From positions 1-58,859 of the forward strand of contig JAFRFO010000044.1 of assembly GCA_017434295.1 (NCBI GenBank): a stretch of DNA of 58,859 nt, written 5' to 3'. Below the pieces are notes generated by a model, which worked only from the letters and a program-made list of their open reading frames with translations, was not told the origin of the DNA and searched no databases. Positions within the stretch are counted from its first letter, which is position 1, and each line of letters starts with the position of its first letter. This document shows, in pieces, positions 1 to 10,476 of the stretch. The position numbers and the translations under genes were made by a program. The stretch comes from Clostridia bacterium. Lineage in GTDB: Bacteria > Bacillota > Clostridia > TANB77 > CAG-508.

Positions 1-1
1 A

Positions 2-628
2 GTTATAAATTTAAGAAAAGAAGCAACAACAGATTCTGATAGTTTAGCTAGACTAAATAGAGGAACAGAAGTAATAGTTCATTCAAATAATGATGGCTGG
101 AGTAAAGTTACTGTAGATGGAAAAGATGGATATATTTCTTCATCATTATTATCTGAAAGAAAACCAGAAGAAACAACATCAAGAGCATTAGAAGAAAGAA
201 CTGAAGTAGAAGAAGAAAATCAAGAAGAAGAATATTACGAAGAACCAACTTGGTCAGCACCAAGTGGTAATCCAGAAAAAGCACAAGAGGTATGTGACTT
301 TGCAAGACAATTTGAAGGCTGTGACTATGTATATGGTGGAACTACACCAGATGGATTTGATTGTTCAGGATTTACACAATTTGTGTTTACAAATTGTGGA
401 TATGACCTTAGTAGAACAGTATCAACTCAATCACATGATGGGGAATATGTAGATAGAGATGATTTACAAGCAGGAGATTTATTAATATTTGATGGCCATG
501 CTGGATTATATTTAGGAGATGGAACATTTATACATGCTGAAAATCCTAGAACAGGTGTTGTAATAACTGATATTGATGCTGGTTATTATGTAAGACATTA
601 TGTTCAAGCAAGAAGAATAATACAATAA
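2..628 (+). CDS. NlpC/P60-family peptidoglycan endopeptidase with SH3b-like domain (5' end outside window)
   Basis: Frame is open from the window edge. SH3b-like 'GTEVIVHSNNDGWSKVTVDGKDGYISS', then NlpC/P60 core 'YVYGGTTPDGFDCSGF...GDLLIFDGHAGLYLGDGTFIHA'. Confidence 0.85.
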   Translation, partial: VINLRKEATTDSDSLARLNRGTEVIVHSNNDGWSKVTVDGKDGYISSSLLSERKPEETTSRALEERTEVEEENQEEEYYEEPTWSAPSGNPEKAQEVCDFARQFEGCDYVYGGTTPDGFDCSGFTQFVFTNCGYDLSRTVSTQSHDGEYVDRDDLQAGDLLIFDGHAGLYLGDGTFIHAENPRTGVVITDIDAGYYVRHYVQARRIIQ

Positions 629-644
629 TTAATAGGAGGATATA

Positions 645-3246
645 TTGAAACGACCGATTGTAACAGCGGTTGTAGGATATATAATAGGAATAATAATAGG
701 GCTGTACTTTAAAATAAGTATAGCTCTTTTTTATGTTATTATTTTTAGTATATTTTTTACAATCAAGTTTTTATATAAAAGATTAAAAAAGAAAAAATTT
801 AGTTTTTATTCAATTTCAAGATATTTAAGATATATAAAACTTTTTATTAATAAAAAAGTAATAATTTTTATTGTAGTTTTTTCGTGTATTTCAAATTTTA
901 TTATAATAAGCAAGAATAATTTTTATAATCAAATTTACAAAACTCCAAAAGATGTTGATATTATTGCAAAAATTGAAGAACTAGTAGAAGAAAAGGAGTA
1001 CCAAGCAAAATACAAAATAAAAGTATTAAAACTGAATGGCGAAGAAAAAAGTATAAATTTTTACTTAATTTCAAAAAATAAAAATCATTATGAATATGGA
1101 AATATAGTAAGTTTAAAAGGAGAATACATAAAGCCAAGTATTCAGCGAAACTATGAAGGATTTGATTATAGTCAATATTTAAAAACAAAAAATATTTATG
1201 GAACTATTAAATCAGATAATATACAAATTCTAGAAAGTTCAAAATCTTTAGATTTTAACAAAATGATATATGATTTGCAGGAGAATATAAAAAATAAATC
1301 TAAAAAATTTTTAACTAATGAAACATATTCAATATTTTTAGGTTTAATACTAGGTGATACAAGTAATATAGAAGAAGAAAAAATGGAGAATTTTAGAAAT
1401 AGCAATATGGCTCATATTTTAGCAGTTTCAGGAATGCATGTTTCTTATATTGTAATTGGTATAAGTATTTTTTTAAAAAAAATACTTGGAAAAAGAAAGT
1501 CTAAAATAATCTGTATTTTATTATTAATATTCTATTGTTTTATTACAGGCTGTTCTCCATCTATAATAAGAGCATGCATAATGGCTATATTAGTATTGTT
1601 AAGTGGATTATTTCACAGAAAAGATGATATTTGGAATTCTATAGCAATATCATTATTTATTATACTTATTTATAATCCATTTTTAATAACAAGTATTAGT
1701 TTACAGTTTTCATATATGGGGTTAATTGGTATAATTGTTTTTTATAATTCAATACTTCAATTCCTAAAAAAGAAATCTGATAAATTTATAAAAATAAAGC
1801 AAATAATTGCTATTTCCTTATCTACACAAATTTTTATTATTCCCTTAACAATCTATCATTTTAATACTTTTGGAATTTATTTTATAGTTACAAATTTATT
1901 ATTAAGTATTATTCTTGGACCACTAATTATTTATGGATTTTTGTTTTTAAGTTTATTAATAATAAATTTTCCAATACTTAATTCAATATTAAAATTTAGT
2001 GTAATTCCATTAAATGCTGGAATAAATATGTTAGAAGCTTTATCAAACATTAGTAAAATACCATTTTCAAAAATTTATGTTAAAACTCCAAGTATATATG
2101 AAATTATAGTTTTTTACTTAATAGTTATTATTATTAATTTAATTTATAAAAGTCAAAGTAAAAAGAAACTAACAAATTCAGGCTTAAGGTTAAAACTAAC
2201 ATATCAACTTATAAAATACAAGATAAAAAGGAAAAGTAAGAAGATACTTGTTATATTTGTAATTATAACAGTTTTATTTTGGGGCATAATTATCATCCAA
2301 CCAAGTAAATTATGTATTCATTTTGTAGATGTAGGGCAAGGAGATTGTACATTTATTGAAACACCAGGAAATAAAACAATTTTAATAGATGGTGGAGGAA
2401 CAGAGTTTGGCGATTTTGATGTTGGAAAAAACACGGTTTTACCTTATGTTTTGGATAGAGGTTATACAAATATTGATTATATAATAATTAGTCATTTTGA
2501 TACTGACCATATTGGTCGGCATTTTAACAATATTACAAGAACTACAGGTGGGGCAAGTAATAATATCTAAACAAGCAGAAAGTAGTGAGAACTATAAAAA
2601 ATTTAAAGAAATAGTAAATGAAAAAAATATAAAAGTTTTAGTGGTAGGTGCTAATTGTGAAAATAGCAATAATACTAGTATAGAAAAAGTAAATAAAATT
2701 TTATATCCTCAAAAAATACAAATAGAAGAGGACTTATATTTTGATATTCTATGGCCTAATAATGATAATCTAATTACAGAAAATGCTTTAAACAATAATT
2801 CTATAGTTTGTAAATTAAATTATAAAGAGTTTTCGATGTTGTTTACAGGGGATATAGAAGAAATTGCAGAAAAACAAATTTTACAAAAGTATAGCAATAG
2901 TTATAGTACTAATGATTCATTTAATAAAAACAATAAAAATAGTAGTAGATACAACGTGGTTAACAGTCAATATAATAGTTTTAAAAGTATATTAAATTCA
3001 ACAGTTTTAAAAGTTGGACATCATGGTTCAAAAACATCTACTACAATAGAATTTTTAGAAGCAGTAAAGCCACAAATAGCTTTAATCGGAGTAGGAGAAA
3101 ACAATAAATTTGGACATCCAAATGAAGGAGTAATCAAACTACTAGAAAACTTTAAATGTAAAATATATAGGACAGATAAAATGGGTGAAATAACAATAAA
3201 AGTAGATAATAGACAAAAAGTTAAAATTGAAAAATATATAGAATAA
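645..3246 (+). CDS. comEC: ComEC/Rec2 DNA internalisation channel with C-terminal metallo-beta-lactamase domain; needs a +1 frame change at CGG 2517-2519
   Basis: TTG start after AGGAGGA. Polytopic membrane N-terminal part, then MBL motifs 'HFVDVGQGDCTFIE', 'IISHFDTDHIG'. The family continues only in the +1 ORF: '(G)ILTILQELQVGQVII...LKVGHHGSKTS...GHPN'. Confidence 0.85.
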
Positions 3247-3272
3247 AAAATGCTGTTGCAGCATATTAAAAA
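3243..3272. repeat. Copy 1 of a 30-bp direct repeat; the hairpin ATGCTG-TTG-CAGCAT acts as the comEC terminator
   Basis: ATAAAAAATGCTGTTGCAGCATATTAAAAA recurs at 3888-3917 with one mismatch. Confidence 0.8.
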
Positions 3273-3329
3273 AAATATAAAAAGCAACTAAAAATAGTTG
3301 CAAAAATAAGAAAGGAATGATATAATATA

Positions 3330-3584
3330 ATGAGTAAACTTGAAAAAGAAATAGAAAGGCTGAAATCAAAACCTAAAGATTTTACATATGAAGAATTAAA
3401 GTATTTATTGATTAAATTAGGATTTTATGAATATAATAAAGGAAAAACATCTGGTTCTAGTGTTAAATTTGTTGACAATTATGAAAGAAAGATAGAACTT
3501 CATAAGCCACATCCTAATAATATAGTCAAAACATATAAAATTCTTGATATTATTGAAAAACTAACAGAATGGAGGTTGATATAA
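3330..3584 (+). CDS. hicA: HicA-family toxin (mRNA interferase)
   Basis: 84 aa. 'GSSVKF...IELHKPHPNNIVKTYKILDIIEKL' is HicA-like. Its stop overlaps the hicB start (TAATG). Confidence 0.75.
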   Translation: MSKLEKEIERLKSKPKDFTYEELKYLLIKLGFYEYNKGKTSGSSVKFVDNYERKIELHKPHPNNIVKTYKILDIIEKLTEWRLI

Positions 3585-3925
3585 TGGAAAATATTATGGA
3601 ATACAAAGGTTATTTTGCAAGGATTAAATATAGTGATGAAGATGGGTGCTTTTTTGGAAAAGTGGAAGGATTAAAAAATTCTTTAATATCATTTGAAGGA
3701 AATAGTGTTAAAGAGTTAAAAAAAGATTTTAAAAATGCAATTGATGAACATTTAAAAATGTGTAAAGAATTAAATATAGATCCTGAAAGGCAATGTAAGG
3801 GTTCTCTAAATGTTAGATTGGGTTCAGAACTTCATACTAAAGCAAAAATGAAATCCTTGGAAGAACATATTTCAATAAATGAATTAATAAAAAATGCTGT
3901 TGCAGCATACTTAAAAACAAATTAA
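3584..3925 (+). CDS. hicB: HicB-family antitoxin with C-terminal RHH-like tail
   Basis: 'YKGYFARIKYSDEDGCFFGKVEGLKNSLISFEGNSVKELKKDF' is a HicB fold signature. GGAGG lies upstream of ATG 3584. Confidence 0.75.
   Translation: MENIMEYKGYFARIKYSDEDGCFFGKVEGLKNSLISFEGNSVKELKKDFKNAIDEHLKMCKELNIDPERQCKGSLNVRLGSELHTKAKMKSLEEHISINELIKNAVAAYLKTN
3888..3917. repeat. Copy 2 of the 30-bp direct repeat, inside the 3' end of hicB
   Basis: ATAAAAAATGCTGTTGCAGCATACTTAAAAA; compare 3243-3272. Confidence 0.8.
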
Positions 3926-4058
3926 AAAATTGAATCTTTATACTTAAAGATTCAAACTATGATTAAATTGCATAAAAAAACAATAAAAGTAAATAATAAC
4001 CATAATTAAATTATTTTACAAACTTAACTTAAGCCTTATGAAAGGAAGGGGAGTTATA

Positions 4059-4496
4059 ATGTCAAAGTTTAATAAAGTCATTTTAATTATGGTTAGTTTT
4101 TTAGTAGTTTTAACTGCAATAATTACAGCAGTTATATTTTCTAATACTAATAAAAGAGAAGAAGCAAATGAAAAGAAAGAAACAAAAGTATCAGAAGTAA
4201 TATTAGATGAATGTACAGAGGAATATGAAATGCTACAGAATAAAGCTATAACAACATCTACATCAACATCAAAAAAAGTAAATGAAAGCCCAAAAAATGA
4301 AGAACAATTTATTTTAAAAGAAGTAGAAGGAAAAATAGTTATATATACAATCGAAAAAAATGGAGAGGAAAAGCTATTTGAAAAAACAGAAATATCTACT
4401 GAATATTTACCTAAAAAAGATAGATTAGAATTAGAGCAGGGAATAAAGTTACAAGGAAAAGAAGAATTAAATCAGTTTATTGAAAACTTCGAATAA
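4059..4496 (+). CDS. Membrane-anchored hypothetical protein
   Basis: RBS GGAAGGGGAG before ATG 4059. One N-terminal TM segment 'VILIMVSFLVVLTAIITAVIF', then a charged ectodomain. Confidence 0.5.
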   Translation: MSKFNKVILIMVSFLVVLTAIITAVIFSNTNKREEANEKKETKVSEVILDECTEEYEMLQNKAITTSTSTSKKVNESPKNEEQFILKEVEGKIVIYTIEKNGEEKLFEKTEISTEYLPKKDRLELEQGIKLQGKEELNQFIENFE

Positions 4497-4533
4497 GAAA
4501 TTAGTTAAATATTACTAGTATTATTAAAATAAG

Positions 4534-4612
4534 AAAACAAATATATTAGATTTAAAATTATTCGAATGCGACCAGAACAGTATTAGAATAATTTTAAATT
4601 AATATATTTGTT
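4534..4612. repeat. MITE-like palindromic element acting as a bidirectional terminator; related to 43285-43460
   Basis: Arms AAAACAAATATATTAGATTTAAAATTATTC / GAATAATTTTAAATTAATATATTTGTT around core GAATGCGACCAGAACAGTATTAGAA. Confidence 0.6.
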
Positions 4613-4639
4613 AAGAATTGATTTTATTTATTAAAAATT

Positions 4640-5218
4640 TTATTTTTTATCAACAGTAACATCTTTATTTAAATCATCTTTATCAATAAAACCTTTATTA
4701 TATAAAGAAATCACATACATAACAAGAGCAAACAAAGTAGAAGCAAGGGCAAGTCCATAGAAAACTAAATCTAAGTATTGCCAAAAGCCTTGTATATTAA
4801 ATTCTCTAAAGATTAAAGATAATACAATTGCTAAATAAAATAACACAGTTGCTAGTTTTCCATACCATTAACTATAAACTACAACATCTTTTCCATAAAG
4901 AAATGATGCACCTACAATCATAATAAATTCTTTTATAAGAACAATAATTAATATCCAAAGAGGTATAATTCCTGTAATTGCTAAAGAGCCAAGAGTTGCA
5001 ATTTGTGTTAATTTATCTGCAAGAGGATCCATCAGTTTTCCAAAGTTTGTAATAAAATTAAACTTTCTAGCTATATATCCATCTGCAACATCAGTTATAC
5101 CAGATATTGTAAAAAATACAAATGCTAATATATATTGATTTTGAAAAATAGCTAATACAATAAATGGTATAAGTAAAAATCTAATTATTGTTAGAATATT
5201 TGGTACATGTTTAAACAT
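4640..5218 (-). pseudogene. pgsA: CDP-diacylglycerol-glycerol-3-phosphate 3-phosphatidyltransferase interrupted by an in-frame TAA (4868-4870)
   Basis: CDP-alcohol phosphatidyltransferase motif 'DVADGYIARKFNFITNFGKLMDPLADKL'. The two ORFs share one frame: '..GKDVVVYS*WYGKLATVLFY..'. Confidence 0.75.
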
Positions 5219-5326
5219 TTTTTATAGTTCTCCTTTTGATATTTATTGTTTTGGTTTATTACAATTGTTAAAAATACTATTTACAGTGTTTTGAATTCCA
5301 ATGCTTTTGAATTACAGTGTTTTGAA

Positions 5327-7690
5327 TTATATTATTTCAAATTTTAATTCATCATTAGCTAAATCTATTTTAATGTTTTGTCCGTCACTAATTTCTTGGC
5401 GTAATATTTTTTCAGATATTTCATCTTCCAAGTATCTTTGTATAGCACGTCTTAAAGGTCTTGCTCCAAATTTAATATTTGTTCCTTTATTTAAAATAAA
5501 CTTCTTTGCTGAATCAGTTACAGATATTGTAATATTTTTCTCTTGTAAAGCTTTAACTGTATCATTTAACATTAAATCTACAATTTGCATTAATTCTTTT
5601 TCTGTTAAAGAATCAAATACAATTACTTCATCAACTCTGTTTAAGAATTCTGGTCTAAATACTGCTTTTAAACTGTCTTCAATTTTACTTTTATCAACTG
5701 TTTGCTTTCCAAAACCAATAGAATTGTTATTCAAATTAGAACCAGCATTTGATGTCATAATAATAATAGTATTCGAAAAGTTAACAGTATTTCCCTGGCT
5801 ATCTGTAAGTTTTCCATCATCTAATACTTGAAGTAAGATATTAAACACATCTGGATGCGCTTTTTCAATTTCATCAAATAATATAATAGAATATGGTTTT
5901 CTTTTAACTTTTTCTGTTAATTGACCTGCATCATCATATCCAACATATCCTGGAGGTGAACCGATTAATTTAGATGTTGAATGACTTTCCATATATTCAG
6001 ACATATCAATTCTAATTATTGAATCTTCTTTTCCAAACATTTCAAAAGCTAATGATTTTGCAAGTTCGGTTTTACCAACACCTGTAGGACCTACAAATAT
6101 AAAAGATGGTGGTCTTTTGGTGCTTTGTAATCCTGCTCTATGTCTTCTAATTGCGCGAGCTACTGCACTAACAGCAGTCTCTTGACCAATTATTCTTTTA
6201 TGAAGATTAGTTTCTAAATTTAGAAGCTTTTGAGTTTCAGCTTCTGTAATTTTCTTTACAGGAATTTTTGTCCAACTCTCAATGACATTTGCAATATCTT
6301 GAATACTTAAGTTTTTAAGCTTCATTTTATTGTTTAATCTATCAATTTCTTCAATTAATTGACATTCTTTAGTTTTTAAATCAGCTGCTTTTTGATAATC
6401 TTCAGTTGAATCAGCAGCAACAACTTCTTCTTTTTCTGCTTGAATTTTTTTAAGCTCTTGCTTTAATAATTCTAATTTGTATAAATCTTTATTTTCTAAA
6501 TTAATTCTAGAACATGCTTCATCTAATATATCTATTGCCTTATCAGGTAAAAATCTGTCATGAATGTATTTTTCAGACATTATTACAGTTTGCCTAATTA
6601 CATCTGAAGAGATTTTTACTTTATGATATTCTTCATAATATTTTTTAATTCCCTCCAAGATACCAATAGAATCATCAACTGAAGGTTCTTCAACTAATAC
6701 TTGTTGGAAACGTCTTTCTAAAGCAGTATCTTTTTCTATATATTTTCTATATTCTTTTAAAGTTGTAGTTCCAATTAATTGAATCTCGCCATTAGATAGG
6801 GCTGGTTTTAAAATATTTGCTGCATTCATAGAATGCTCGCCATCTCCAGCACCAATAATATTGTGAATTTCATCTATAACAAGAATAATGTTGCCATATT
6901 CTTTACATTCATCAATTATACCTTTCATTCTAGATTCAAATTGGCCTCTAAATTGAGTACCAGCTATAACTGCAGTCATATCTAATAAATATACTTCTTT
7001 GTTTAATAGTTTTGCAGGAACATTTTGGTTTGCAATTTTAATAGCTAAACCTTGAGCAATAGCGGTTTTACCAACACCTGGTTCACCAATTAAACAAGGA
7101 TTGTTTTTTGAACGTCTATTTAATATTTGAACAATTCTTTGAATTTCCTTATCTCTACCAATAACTATATCTAATTCATTATTTTTAGCTTTATTTGTTA
7201 GGTTAGTTCCAAAAGCATCTAAATATTTTTTCTTTTTAGATTGTTTAGGTTTCTTTTTCTCAACTTTTACTTTTTTTCTACTATTGTTATTATCTTGTGA
7301 ATATTGTGCTTGACCATCTTTTGCTCCAAACATTGAAGAAAAGATAGAACCAAGGGGAATAGCTGCACCAGAAATTTTTGGTGTTTCTTCGTCCTCATCC
7401 ATCCCATCTTCTGAAGGACCAAATGTAATTGCTCCTTCCATATTTTGAATATCATCAAAATTTATATTTTCTGCTAGATCTTTGAAAATATTCTCAAATT
7501 GTTTAGACATATCATTCATATTAACAGGGTTTTGTCCCATAACCTCTTTTTGTTTGTTTAAAACATCTAATGCATTAATTCCTTTTTTTTGAGCACATTC
7601 ATAGCAAAGACCTTCCATAGTTTCTTTACCATTTTCTATCTTATTATAAAAAAGTATTGCAGCATTTTTCTTACATTCTGAACATAACAT
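5327..7690 (-). CDS. clpC: ClpC-like two-AAA+ Clp ATPase with an N-terminal 4-Cys zinc ribbon instead of Clp_N repeats
   Basis: Walker A 'GEPGVGKT' and 'GPTGVGKT'. UVR-like 'DYQKAADLKTKE'. ClpP loop 'IGFG'. N-terminus 'CSECKK..(22)..CYEC'. Confidence 0.85.
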   Translation of the reverse strand: MLCSECKKNAAILFYNKIENGKETMEGLCYECAQKKGINALDVLNKQKEVMGQNPVNMNDMSKQFENIFKDLAENINFDDIQNMEGAITFGPSEDGMDEDEETPKISGAAIPLGSIFSSMFGAKDGQAQYSQDNNNSRKKVKVEKKKPKQSKKKKYLDAFGTNLTNKAKNNELDIVIGRDKEIQRIVQILNRRSKNNPCLIGEPGVGKTAIAQGLAIKIANQNVPAKLLNKEVYLLDMTAVIAGTQFRGQFESRMKGIIDECKEYGNIILVIDEIHNIIGAGDGEHSMNAANILKPALSNGEIQLIGTTTLKEYRKYIEKDTALERRFQQVLVEEPSVDDSIGILEGIKKYYEEYHKVKISSDVIRQTVIMSEKYIHDRFLPDKAIDILDEACSRINLENKDLYKLELLKQELKKIQAEKEEVVAADSTEDYQKAADLKTKECQLIEEIDRLNNKMKLKNLSIQDIANVIESWTKIPVKKITEAETQKLLNLETNLHKRIIGQETAVSAVARAIRRHRAGLQSTKRPPSFIFVGPTGVGKTELAKSLAFEMFGKEDSIIRIDMSEYMESHSTSKLIGSPPGYVGYDDAGQLTEKVKRKPYSIILFDEIEKAHPDVFNILLQVLDDGKLTDSQGNTVNFSNTIIIMTSNAGSNLNNNSIGFGKQTVDKSKIEDSLKAVFRPEFLNRVDEVIVFDSLTEKELMQIVDLMLNDTVKALQEKNITISVTDSAKKFILNKGTNIKFGARPLRRAIQRYLEDEISEKILRQEISDGQNIKIDLANDELKFEII

Positions 7691-7909
7691 ACTTTTAATT
7701 CCTCACTTTATACATAAAATTTCATAATAATATAATACCTCAAAATCAATGATAAGTCAAGGAAGTTTTGATAAGTAGCCATAAAAAGTTGTTTAAGAAA
7801 AAAAGCATTTTTTTTTGACAAAATATAACAAGATATATTCAAAAATCTATTGAAAAGAAAAAATAGAAATGTTATAATAAAATTAATACTAAAGAAAGAG
7901 GAATAGTAT

Positions 7910-8755
7910 ATGAATGTTACAATACCAGAAAATAGAATAGATAAAAAAGCTAAAATTGTATATGCTACAATAATAGGTATATGTGTTATATCTATTATTC
8001 TTGTTATTTATCTACAGTTTGTAGACGGAAGAATAGTTTCAACAGTAGGTAATTTAAAAGGCAAGAGTGAGCTAAACTATGATGAATTAAAATCTGAGTT
8101 TACATTGCTATTTGATAATGCTTTTCCAATAGAAGATGAAAAATATTCAAATATAAAAGAAGAGCCATCAAAAAAATTAATATATACATCTTATACAAAC
8201 AATGAAGTTAAGGATGACATTTACAGTTTAAATGTTTCAGTACCATATATTAATATAAAAAGTAAAATAGCTAAAAAATATAATGAAGAAATAGAAAATT
8301 ATTATAAAAATAAAGCAGAAGAAATATTAAAATCAACGAGCAAAAAAAGAACTTTGTTTACAGTAAAATATGCTTGTGACATTCAAGACGATGTTTTATC
8401 ACTAGTGATATATGAAAGCTTAGTAGATGGAAATAATCCACAAAAAGTTAGTATAAAAACATATAATTATAATTTAAATTCTGATAAAGAAGTAGATTTA
8501 AGTTATGTATTAAATATGGAAAATGTTGACAAAAGTTATGTGCAAGATAGAATTAATAAAGAAATAGAAATTGCTCATAAAAATGCAGAAGATTTAAAAA
8601 ATTTGGGAAAAATTATTTATGAAAGAGATTTGAAAGATAATATTTATAAAGTAGAAAATGTAAAAGATTTCTTTTTCCATAATGGAAGTATTTATATAAT
8701 ATTTGCTTATGGAAATGATACATATACTACAGAAATGGATTTAGTTGTAATTTAA
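7910..8755 (+). CDS. Membrane-anchored hypothetical protein (paralog of 26179-27117)
   Basis: Promoter TTGAAA-17-TATAAT and an RBS. An N-terminal TM segment. Shares the 'VPYINI(K/N)S...' block with the 26179 ORF. Confidence 0.6.
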   Translation: MNVTIPENRIDKKAKIVYATIIGICVISIILVIYLQFVDGRIVSTVGNLKGKSELNYDELKSEFTLLFDNAFPIEDEKYSNIKEEPSKKLIYTSYTNNEVKDDIYSLNVSVPYINIKSKIAKKYNEEIENYYKNKAEEILKSTSKKRTLFTVKYACDIQDDVLSLVIYESLVDGNNPQKVSIKTYNYNLNSDKEVDLSYVLNMENVDKSYVQDRINKEIEIAHKNAEDLKNLGKIIYERDLKDNIYKVENVKDFFFHNGSIYIIFAYGNDTYTTEMDLVVI

Positions 8756-8809
8756 AATAAAAGAATTATATTTGTTAAAACAAATATAATTCTTTTTAAT
8801 TATTTTATG

Positions 8810-10258
8810 TTATGGTTGTTCACCTAAAACTACTGTAAGATCAATATCTTTTCCATCTCTATTTACTTTAAGTTTTAATTCATCACCAATATTTTTAGCA
8901 TTTTTAATTTCATTAATTTTGTCCATAGTAGTTACTTTTTGCCCTTCAACTTCTGTTATAACATCTCCAATTTGAAGACCAGCTTTTTCTGCAGAAGAAA
9001 AATTTTCAACTCTTTTTACATATACACCAACAACTAATTTATATGTTTGAGCTGTTTTTTCATCTAAGTCAACACCAGAAATTCCGATATAAGGCCTTTT
9101 AACTTTACTATATTGAATTAATTGCTCAGTTATATTTTTAGTTGAGTTTATAGGAATTGCAAATCCCATTCCTTCAACTCCGTTTCCTAATAGTTTTAAA
9201 GTATTTAATCCAATGACTTTTCCTTCATAATTTACCAAAGCTCCACCACTGTTACCAGAGTTAATTGCTGCATCAGTTTGGATTAATGTGTATGTTTTTC
9301 CATTATTATCCGTAACTTCTCTATTAACTGCACTAATTACTCCACAAGTAATACTACTATTCATTCCTAAAGGGTTACCAACTGCCATTGCAAATTCTCC
9401 AACTTTAATTGAATCTGAATCAGCAAATTCTGCTTTGGTTAAGCCTGTTTTATCAATTTTTATGACTGCTAAATCAGTTTGTTCATCTTTACCAATAATC
9501 TTTGCTTCATACTCAGTTTTATCATTATATAAAGTAACTGTTACTTTATTTGCATCTGATATTTCATAAAATGAATCATTAGATGAAGTTGAAACAATAT
9601 GATTATTTGTTAAAATGTATCCATCTTCACTAATTATTATTCCTGAACCTGATGCAGAGGCATTAGCTTTCTGAGCAGTGGTACTACCAAACATAAAAAA
9701 GTTTGAACTAATTGTGTAATCAACTTTAATACCAACAATTGAAGGTAATATTTTATTTGCTGCATAAACTGATGTATTTGAATAATTCTTTAAATCTATT
9801 TCACCAACTTTACCATCAGAATTTGTAGAGTTGCTTGGAGCTGTACTAATTGATGTGCTTATTTGAGGTGTAGTATTAGGTGGGAATATTTTATTTTTTA
9901 CATCTGGTACATAAAAAATAACTCCTAAAACAGCAACACAACCAACAACTCCACTTAAAAATGGAACTAAAATGCTTTTCCCAAATCCTATTTTAGCTTT
10001 ACTATTGTTGTAACTTTCTTCATTAGAGTAATCTTTTTTTATTTTTGGATTTTTTCTGTTATTGGCTGGATTTGTAACAGCTTTAAAATTATGATTTGAA
10101 ACTGAAGGAGCTTGATAATTGTCAGTTTTCATAGCATTAATTGTATTTGTATTATTTGAAACATTTTCAGTTTTAATAGAATTTTTAGCTGTTTTTCTTA
10201 CAGGCTTTTTTTCTTTTGTGTTTTTTTCTTTAGTATTCTCATTAGGTTTTTCTTCCAT
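8810..10258 (-). CDS. htrA: HtrA/DegP-family serine protease with PDZ domain
   Basis: Catalytic 'TNNHIV', 'DLAVIKI', 'GNSGGALVN'. C-terminal PDZ 'GLQIGDVITEVEG'. ATG 10258 has the better RBS; the alternative start is 10276. Confidence 0.85.
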   Translation of the reverse strand: MEEKPNENTKEKNTKEKKPVRKTAKNSIKTENVSNNTNTINAMKTDNYQAPSVSNHNFKAVTNPANNRKNPKIKKDYSNEESYNNSKAKIGFGKSILVPFLSGVVGCVAVLGVIFYVPDVKNKIFPPNTTPQISTSISTAPSNSTNSDGKVGEIDLKNYSNTSVYAANKILPSIVGIKVDYTISSNFFMFGSTTAQKANASASGSGIIISEDGYILTNNHIVSTSSNDSFYEISDANKVTVTLYNDKTEYEAKIIGKDEQTDLAVIKIDKTGLTKAEFADSDSIKVGEFAMAVGNPLGMNSSITCGVISAVNREVTDNNGKTYTLIQTDAAINSGNSGGALVNYEGKVIGLNTLKLLGNGVEGMGFAIPINSTKNITEQLIQYSKVKRPYIGISGVDLDEKTAQTYKLVVGVYVKRVENFSSAEKAGLQIGDVITEVEGQKVTTMDKINEIKNAKNIGDELKLKVNRDGKDIDLTVVLGEQP

Positions 10259-10476
10259 AATATTACTTCCTTTCATTTTTACTCTTATATATAATACCTC
10301 ATTTTAAATATAATTTACAAGTTTTTTCTTAAAAAAAACTTAAAATATTAAATATTATTTTTTTCTATTCATTTTTTTTGGATAAAATATTGAAAAAAAA
10401 ATAATTAAAATATATAATGTAACAGTAAAAAGAAATTATTAATTTTAATAAATATGTGTCTTAAAAGAAGAAGGGA

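Noticed and set aside
5301-5831. 176-aa ORF antisense to clpC, and similar antisense ORFs inside polC, valS, htrA, mutL, GT4 and others
   Set aside because: They are low-complexity Leu/Phe/Ile-rich translations typical of the antisense strand of AT-rich genes. They have no RBS, and they are fully embedded in genes with strong homology.
7700-7790. CtsR operator upstream of the clpC-like gene
   Set aside because: Only one GTCAA-like half-site overlaps the -35. No tandem heptad repeat (GGTCAAA-N3-GGTCAAA) is present.
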